Below are positions 57,301 to 64,000 of a stretch of DNA of 64,000 nucleotides, in pieces; position 1 is the stretch's first letter; every line of letters begins with the position of its first letter. Origin of the DNA: Dudresnaya verticillata (taxonomy: Eukaryota); NCBI GenBank assembly GCA_977862235.1, contig OZ374557.1:1612001-1676000 (forward strand). Reading direction: 5' to 3'. The position numbers and the translations under genes are program-made. Below the pieces are notes generated by a model that did no database searches, was not told the origin of the DNA, and saw only the letters and a program-made list of their open reading frames with translations.

Positions 57301-57580
57301 GGTGGCAGGACGCGGCGAGGGGCATTACAAAATTATCAGAGATACAGAACGTAACTGCCGGGTGCACTAATTTAACACCCAGACTAAATAGAGTTAACGG
57401 TGTACTTAAAATATCCATTTTCTCTCTCGCTTTAGACGCGAAGGGTCGCTACGATGGCAATATTTTACTCTGTGAAGGCGGCACTGTAGGAAACGGGGGG
57501 CACAGGCATGGGCACAGACACGAAGTAGTCGAGCCCTCAGCTGGTCTCACTCAACTCCTTCTCTAGAAAACTCTTGATAT

Positions 57581-60500
57581 TTAGGCGCGGGAGTCATCGA
57601 CCGTCGATTTTGGAGATCTCAATGTTACGTCCAGATCACCAAATTCGGAACCTGAGGAAGATGATGTTGTCTCATCAAATCGATACATAGACATGTTGCT
57701 GCTTCGCACATCCTCCCCGACCGAGTCGATGGAAATAAACGAACTCGAATTCACATCTGCAGTATTGCGACTACTATTTCCGTGGCTACTGTTCATCCAC
57801 GGAATCATTCCAGATGTGTTCCGTGGAGTGCCTCCAAAGTTGCTGATCAAAAACGATCCACCTTCGGCTGGAGAATGAGATGGGTCGTTGCGAATATGAA
57901 CTTCGTCAAAATCGCCCTCCTCTTGCACGTATCCCCTTTCTGTGTCGACGTCGCTTACGTTAGTTCCGTCACTTTGCCGGACAATAAGAACAATACCGAG
58001 CACAATCAATGATATGACAGCAACCCCACCGACAGCAATACCAGCAATGACGCCAATGCTGAGGCCAGGCGTGCTAGCTTCGGGCTGTGGCTCGAGTCTG
58101 TCATCCACTAGATCCCCCTTGAGAAACACGCGAACCTGAGGCTTGTCACGTGAAGCAAGCGACCTGTCCATTTTTTCGGATCGAATGAAATTTTGAAGCT
58201 CTTCCATATCTCCTTCACACGCGGATGGGTCGGAACAGGAAGCGCTCATGCCAAGTTCAAAAGTGTTCTCATCGTTGTCAGATTGGCGAACAGTTGTTTC
58301 GACCGAAGCGAGCTCTGAGAAAGGGGACAAGGGAAGAATCTCCTTGATCTCCCACTGCGAACGGATGAACTCATTAGCCGTCTCCCGAATCTCTTCGGAG
58401 AGATCATTGGCACTGAACTGGGATGGATGTCTGACAATGAGAGTGAGTGACATGACTGCAGGCTCAACAGATGCGTAGAGCTCTTCTTCTGCTGTGGCCG
58501 CTACGTACTCGGCTATCGGCGCGGTGCTCATTTCCGGGAATTCGACTTCAATAGAAGGTTCTGCTTCTTCAAATGAGCCGCTTTGGGTCGGATTATTCAG
58601 GTTGAAGAGTGAGTCTAATAGAGATAAGCTTGCTTCTGTAGACGCTTCTGGACTGCTATCGACATCCTCTGCAAAACCATCTCCTTCCAAGTGGCCAGTG
58701 TTCTTTGGCACGGGTCCAATTGCGTTCCCGTCTGCGTCAGTTGTTATCAGCTCTCCGAATAACGGGCTTGGCTGACCTACTGTGTCACTAGACTCTGGTG
58801 ATGGTTCAATCTCATCGAATGGCTCATCCAACTGACCACCTTCGATTGATTCAGGTGCAGGCTCTTGCTCTGAGGCAAACCCTGGTTCGGGGCTTGCTGT
58901 AGCCTCCGCAACGCTCTGCAGCGTATCTGTTAGCTTCGCTTCATCCTTCGTTTCGATTTTGACGGGAGAAACTTCCTTATCTTCGCCGCTGTCTTCGCCA
59001 GGACCGCCCTCAGTGCCGGCAGGCGGCCTTCCAGGGCTTTTCGGGAGCCTGTTGAGCTCCCCTTCATCCTCAGTTTGCACCTCTGCCGATGGTTTCGCCT
59101 CAGTAGATGGCCTCCCAGGGCTCTTAGGGATGAGCGGCCCCTCTGTTACTTCTGGTGTAGCTTCCGGCTCTTCGTCGTCCTCATTGCCTGGGACGTTGCT
59201 GGCTGTGGAAACCACAACAGGACCATCACCAGTGAAAACAGCAGTCGCAGTGATGGTACCATCCGCCGAGACGGATATCTGCCTCCCATCACTGTCTTCC
59301 GTAGTGGCACCAGACGAGGTAGTCGAATTTGCAGTAAGCGCAACGCCCGACGGACCCGGAAGCGACGTTGTTGCTGCAGGTGTAGATGACTCCGGCTGGG
59401 CCGCAGCAGCTGCTCCCGTGGTAATCTCATCGGCTCCGGCACCATCACCAGCAGCAATGACTGTAGAAAGCGCACTGAAAGAACCGGCCTCATCGGGGGT
59501 GGCCTCTTTGGAAGCGGCCCCAGAGCCAACCGTCGGCGTCGGTACTGCCGTAGTGCTGGGCGCAGAACTGGCGTCACTTGTGTGTCCTGCGTCGGGACTT
59601 GAACCAATCGCCGTTGTAATCGGCGCAGTTGTTGAGTCATCAGGCTCGACTGTGGTTTGAGAGTCAACCGAATGCGTTGTGGATGCGTCGCCGCTCTGTT
59701 GCTCCTCTTCTTCAACAGAAGTCCAAGCGGTGTTGGTGGTGGTGGTGGTGGTGGTGGCGGCGGCGGCGGCGGCAGCGCTCGTCGTCGTCTTTGCCGTTGT
59801 CTTCGCAGTCGTCGTCGGTGGTGCTTCCGTAGTAGCCATAGTCGCGGTCGCAGCTTTGGTAGCGGCCATGGTGGTGGTCGATGTCAGCAGCTCGGTGGTG
59901 GTGGTGGTAGTGCTAGTGGTTATTGTCGGCGTTCCCGTTGGCACTGTGGTAGTAGTAGAGGTGGCGGGGGTGGAAGCACTCGTCGTTGAGGTCTCGTGAG
60001 TGTTCGTTGTGGTCAGGACTTCCGTGGTGGTGGTGGTGGTGGTCGGGGCTTCTGTAGCGGTGGCGGTTGCGGGGGTTTCGATGGAGGTCGTCTTAGTGAT
60101 GGAGTCCATGATTGCCGTCGTGGTAGGGGTGGTGGTAGTAGTAGTAGCAGTAGTAGTAGCAGTAGTAGTAGCAGTAGTAGTAGTGGTAGTAGCAGGAGTA
60201 GTAGCAGTAGTAGTAGTGATAGTAGTGGTGGTGGTAGTTGGTAGCGCGGTCTGCGGTGTGGTGGTCACGGGGACGGGTGCTGGTACAGGTGCCGTTGGCG
60301 GCCGGGTGGAGGAGGGGGCCTCATCGACACTTTCGAATGAGAAGCCGGCGAGGGTTGCGGTGGCGCCAGGCGGAGCTGGCGGCGGCTGCGATGGGGCAGG
60401 GGCGGGGGACGGAGACGGATGGATGGCGAAGGTGTTGGGGTCTTCCTGTGCGAATGCGGGGTTATTCTGGAAGGCAGCCAGGGCGCCGCCGGAGCCGAGC

Positions 60501-60655
60501 AAGGCTGCCTGGATGAGGTCTGCGGCCGACGTAGTAGAGCCGTGCTTGGCGGCCAGGTTAGGATTTCCCTTACCGTCGATGAAAATGGCAGCGGTCAGGT
60601 GGGTAAGCGAGAGCCGGAGGAGCGCCAGGGCGGGGGCGAGCGCGGCGCGTCGCAT
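57581..60655 (-). CDS. Mucin-like type I membrane glycoprotein (~1024 aa)
   Basis: Internal Met at 60655 starts a signal-peptide-like MRRAALAPALALLRLSLTHLTAA; Thr-rich stalk, acidic region, TM segment LSIGVIAGIAVGGVAVISLIVLGIVLIV, Ser-rich cytoplasmic tail; uninterrupted ORF. Confidence 0.8.
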   Translation of the reverse strand: MRRAALAPALALLRLSLTHLTAAIFIDGKGNPNLAAKHGSTTSAADLIQAALLGSGGALAAFQNNPAFAQEDPNTFAIHPSPSPAPAPSQPPPAPPGATATLAGFSFESVDEAPSSTRPPTAPVPAPVPVTTTPQTALPTTTTTTITTTTATTPATTTTTTATTTATTTATTTTTTPTTTAIMDSITKTTSIETPATATATEAPTTTTTTTEVLTTTNTHETSTTSASTPATSTTTTVPTGTPTITTSTTTTTTELLTSTTTMAATKAATATMATTEAPPTTTAKTTAKTTTSAAAAAAATTTTTTTNTAWTSVEEEEQQSGDASTTHSVDSQTTVEPDDSTTAPITTAIGSSPDAGHTSDASSAPSTTAVPTPTVGSGAASKEATPDEAGSFSALSTVIAAGDGAGADEITTGAAAAAQPESSTPAATTSLPGPSGVALTANSTTSSGATTEDSDGRQISVSADGTITATAVFTGDGPVVVSTASNVPGNEDDEEPEATPEVTEGPLIPKSPGRPSTEAKPSAEVQTEDEGELNRLPKSPGRPPAGTEGGPGEDSGEDKEVSPVKIETKDEAKLTDTLQSVAEATASPEPGFASEQEPAPESIEGGQLDEPFDEIEPSPESSDTVGQPSPLFGELITTDADGNAIGPVPKNTGHLEGDGFAEDVDSSPEASTEASLSLLDSLFNLNNPTQSGSFEEAEPSIEVEFPEMSTAPIAEYVAATAEEELYASVEPAVMSLTLIVRHPSQFSANDLSEEIRETANEFIRSQWEIKEILPLSPFSELASVETTVRQSDNDENTFELGMSASCSDPSACEGDMEELQNFIRSEKMDRSLASRDKPQVRVFLKGDLVDDRLEPQPEASTPGLSIGVIAGIAVGGVAVISLIVLGIVLIVRQSDGTNVSDVDTERGYVQEEGDFDEVHIRNDPSHSPAEGGSFLISNFGGTPRNTSGMIPWMNSSHGNSSRNTADVNSSSFISIDSVGEDVRSSNMSMYRFDETTSSSSGSEFGDLDVTLRSPKSTVDDSRA

Positions 60656-61669
60656 GGTGGCGAAGCGCCACGCAGGGCGGGCGACGGTGGTGGTTGTGGA
60701 GGTGGTAGTGTTTTGCCTTGGCGAGTGGGAGCCACCGCAGGAGGACAGGGATGGGGGTGTGTGGTGCGAGGGAGGGACGGGGGGGGGGGGGGGGGGGGGG
60801 GGCGGAGGCGGGCAGCCGGGCGACGCAGTTGTGCGTGCGGGAGGGCATGGTGCTGCGGTGGGGGCGGGGCCGTCGTGGGCGAGGTGTGGGTGGGCCGCGG
60901 ATGGTTGGCGTGGAGCCGCAAACGGTGCGGCCGAGTGCCCCGTACCGCCCTTATCCACCCCGTGGCCGTCACCGCCGCCCATGAGGGTGGTTTACACTGG
61001 CGCGGTCGCGCGGACGACTTGCCGGCGGGGCGAGTACCACGTCGAGATGCGGATGACCGCCCCGCGGCGACTGCCGGCGTGACGGGCCGCGGCGTCTTGC
61101 GCGCGTGGCCCCGGCGGCGTGGGGGCGGGTGGCGGATGCGCACTTGGCGGCAGGGCGGCACCGCGCAGGAGCCGGTGCCCGCACGACGGGGCGTCGGCGA
61201 GACATGGTTGGAAGTTCGGGGGGTGGGAGAAGGAAGGAGGAGGGCATAGAGGGCTGAAGAAGTCAGACGGGCGGGGGGGTTTTACGGCGGTGGGTGGGAG
61301 GAACGGAAGGAGGGACGGATCCTCACACAACACGAAAGCAAAGACAAAAGCAAAAAACGTTTCGTACTCTATGGCTTCACGGGACCGAAACGAAAAGGAC
61401 TCTTTAACGCGAATGGGGAAAACAAAACAAGCACGAGCGATCCACCTCGAGAAAACAGACGGATACCCATCCAGCGCGCACACCCACAAGCATCCGTCGT
61501 GAGCTCGGGCCTCACCGCAAGAATAACAACGACAACAACAACAAGAGTAACAGCGGCAGCGTCTACGGCTCCCTCGCCAATCCTCCAATCCTGTCCTCTC
61601 CTCGTCATGCACACCGACCTATTCGGTGTGGCGGAGTAGCCAGCGCACGGGGATGCAAATCGGGCGGGT

Positions 61670-63675
61670 CTAGTATCCGTTGGAGACGGGTTGCTGAACG
61701 TCGCCGTTGGGCTGCGAGGTACCGTTGGCGGCGGTGCCTGCGGCTCCGGCGGCGTCTACCTTTGTGTAGGCGGCGGCATGGAACTTCTGGGCGCGGCCGC
61801 TCGGGTCGTCACTGTCTGACCACAGCGGGACCCACTTGACAACACTCTCGCGCAGCCCCTTGGCGCCTTCGTACTTGCCGAAGATGCGCTCGAAGAGCAC
61901 GCGGTAGTGGTACGCCTCCTTGGTCTTCGGTGGGTCATGCGGGAACTTTGCCGCGGCGGACGCAAGGTCCGCATCCGATACCTGCTTCGCACAGTAATCC
62001 TTAAGGCCGTCGATCCAGCTGTAGCCGACGCCTGCAATACGCATTGTTTTTGAAGGAAGAAGAAGAAGAAGAACGCAGTGATAAGTGGGAGGAGAAAAGG
62101 CGGGACGGTTAGTTGAGTTGGAATCGTGCCTTTCTGTGTGTGTGCGCGGCTGCATGGACGAGTCGTTGCTGCGAATCGTGCCCTGCATCTGGCGGACGAT
62201 GGTGACGCAGAGGACGAGGAAGAAGAAAGAAAAACAGTGGAGGAGGAGCAAAACAATGGAAACAAAGACTGCGACATACCATCTGAAAACTGTTCCTTGG
62301 GTCGCATGAGGATCTCTTCGGGCAGAAACTCGGTGCCACTAAACTCTTTTGAAAAGGCGTGTCGAATGGGCCACTTCTCGATGCGCTTTCCCTTGCTGGT
62401 CATCTTATCCTTGACGGAGAAGGACATCGCGACGTCCAAAAAGTCTCTATCGAGGAAGGGGACCCTGAGCTCGAGGCTTTGCGCGGCCGTGGAGCGGTCA
62501 CCGCGGAGGACATCCGCGGTGTAGAGGAGCTTGACACGGCGGACCGTCTCATTGTAAAAGTCGAGCTCCGAGTCGGCGTTGTGGAAGTAGAGATAGCCGC
62601 CGAAGATCTCGTCCGCGCCCTCGCCGCTCAGGACGACCTTGACGTACTGTTTGCACAGGCGGGACAGCAGGTACATCGGGGTGGAGGCACGGATGGTGGT
62701 GATGTCGTAGGTCTCGAGGTGGTAGATGACATCCTCCAGGGCGTTGATACCGTCCTCGACGGTGAAGGTGAGGACGTGGTGCTCCGTGCCGAGGTAGTCG
62801 GCGACCTTTTGCGCGGCGGCGACGTCGGGCGACCCGGCCAGGCCGCACGAGAAGCTGTGGAAGACATAGTCGGTCGGGAGATGCTTCTTCGCGATGCTGG
62901 CGACCAGGGACGAGTCGAGGCCGCCCGAGATGAAGACGCCCACGGGGACGTCCGACATGAGGCGGCGGGTGCACGCGGTGACAAACGAGTCGTGCAGGCG
63001 GCGCAGGTCGACGCGGTGGGTCGGGAGCCATCCGGGCTCGTAGTAGCGCGGGGTGTAGTACTGCTGAAACGTCGACAGGCCCTCCGCGCCGCGCGCGGCG
63101 GCGTAGTACGAGCCGGGCAGGAACGGCTCGACCGAGTGGCACGAGTCCAGCAGTGCCTTTGCCTCGGACGCAAACCACACGGCGCCGTCACTCGACCGGC
63201 CGATGAACATGGCGCGCACGCCGATGGGGTCGCGCGCGGCGACGAACTGGCCGCGCGCGGCGTCGACCACGACCGTGGCAAACACGCCCTTGAGCAGGTT
63301 GAGCAGGTGCGACACGGCGTAGTGGCGCAGCGACGACGCGTGCTTGGCGTACAGCGGGGCGATGACCTCGCAGTCCGAGTGCGACGGCAGCGCGACCGAG
63401 GATAGCTCGTCCGCGCGCAGCGCCTCGTGGTTGTAGATCTCGCCGTTGGTGACGGCGTGCACCGAGCCCGACGACGTGTGCATCGGCTGCGTGCCGTGCG
63501 CCGGGTCGCAGATGGCGAGGCGCGTGAAGCCCAGCGCGCACCAGCCGTCGTCGGTGATGAAGGTGCGCACGTCGTCCGGGCCGCGGTGGTACAGCTTGGC
63601 CGTGGCCTTCTTCGTGACCTGCTCTAGGTCGGCGCGCGAGAGCGTGGAGCCGAGGACGGCGAAGATTCCGCACAT
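61670..63675 (-). CDS. ASNS: Glutamine-dependent asparagine synthetase, 585 aa; exons 62280-63675 and 61670-62031
   Basis: MCGIF, HRGPD, NGEIYNH, ARDPIG, SGGLDSS, SGEGADE, RVPFLD; KEQFSDG|VGYSWID restored by a 248-nt GTATGT...CTAAC...GCAG intron (62032-62279). Confidence 0.97.
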
Positions 63676-63703
63676 GGTGGGGGTGTTGGTGGTTGAGTGT
63701 GTT

Positions 63704-63736
<33 letters not shown>

Positions 63737-63790
63737 TTGGTGTGTGGTTGGTGTGTGGTTGGTGTGTGGTTGAGTGTGCGGTTGGGGTGC
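63676..63790. repeat. (GT)n microsatellite and GGTTGGTGTGT repeats immediately upstream of the asparagine synthetase start
   Basis: Directly visible. Confidence 0.9.
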
Positions 63791-64000
63791 GGTCGGGGTG
63801 CGGTCGGATGTGGACGGGACGGCGGTTATATGCGCCGGTCGGGGGGCGGGGGGCGGGACGGGACTGGGACGGCGGTAGCGGCGCGACGGCGGTGGGAAGC
63901 GGCGGCGGTGCGGCGGTGGGATGGGACGAAGCGGCGCTGCTCTCTGCTCTCTCAGGCGCGTGCGCCGTGCCACGTGCGGCGCGCGGTGTGTGGCGCGCAG

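Noticed and set aside
60656..60982. 109-aa N-terminal extension of the 1133-aa ORF
   Set aside because: Runs through a poly-G/C tract; the downstream Met gives a signal-peptide-like start.
58959..61249. Plus-strand Val/Gly-rich ORFs
   Set aside because: Antisense shadows of the Thr-rich membrane protein and GC-rich upstream DNA.
61756..62279. C-terminus of the 639-aa ORF as real asparagine synthetase sequence
   Set aside because: Intron read-through; splicing 62032-62279 restores the conserved FSDGVGYSWID.

Overview
Eukaryotic DNA, most likely a florideophyte red alga (inferred from the compact intron-poor genes and the TE spectrum). About 70% of the window is nested transposable elements. 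Host genes: an intronless NADH nitrate reductase (22679-25417 +), a frameshifted kinase-like/ARM-repeat gene (26536-29962 -), a mucin-like single-pass membrane protein (57581-60655 -) and a one-intron asparagine synthetase (61670-63675 -). TEs: (i) the 3' part of a chromodomain Ty3/gypsy element A (1-5411 +); (ii) a complete hAT element (5632-21298; 17-bp TIRs, 8-bp TSD) that splits an older LTR; (iii) a full-length chromovirus B nested in the hAT (9036-20783 -, 675-bp LTRs); (iv) a 10.3-kb MULE (31126-41414; TIRs, 10-bp TSD) carrying a Ulp1-like protease, a transposase and a convergent unknown gene; (v) a degenerate chromovirus C (~43557-52100 +); (vi) a decayed PIF1 helicase; (vii) a truncated DIRS-like element. 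Most interesting: elements A and B carry homologous large antisense accessory genes of unknown function between pol and the 3' LTR. Elements B and C share an 18-nt PBS that fits tRNA-Tyr, and each appears enriched for its own short CpG motif. The MULE has a three-gene layout. All counts were made by eye; no database searches were run.
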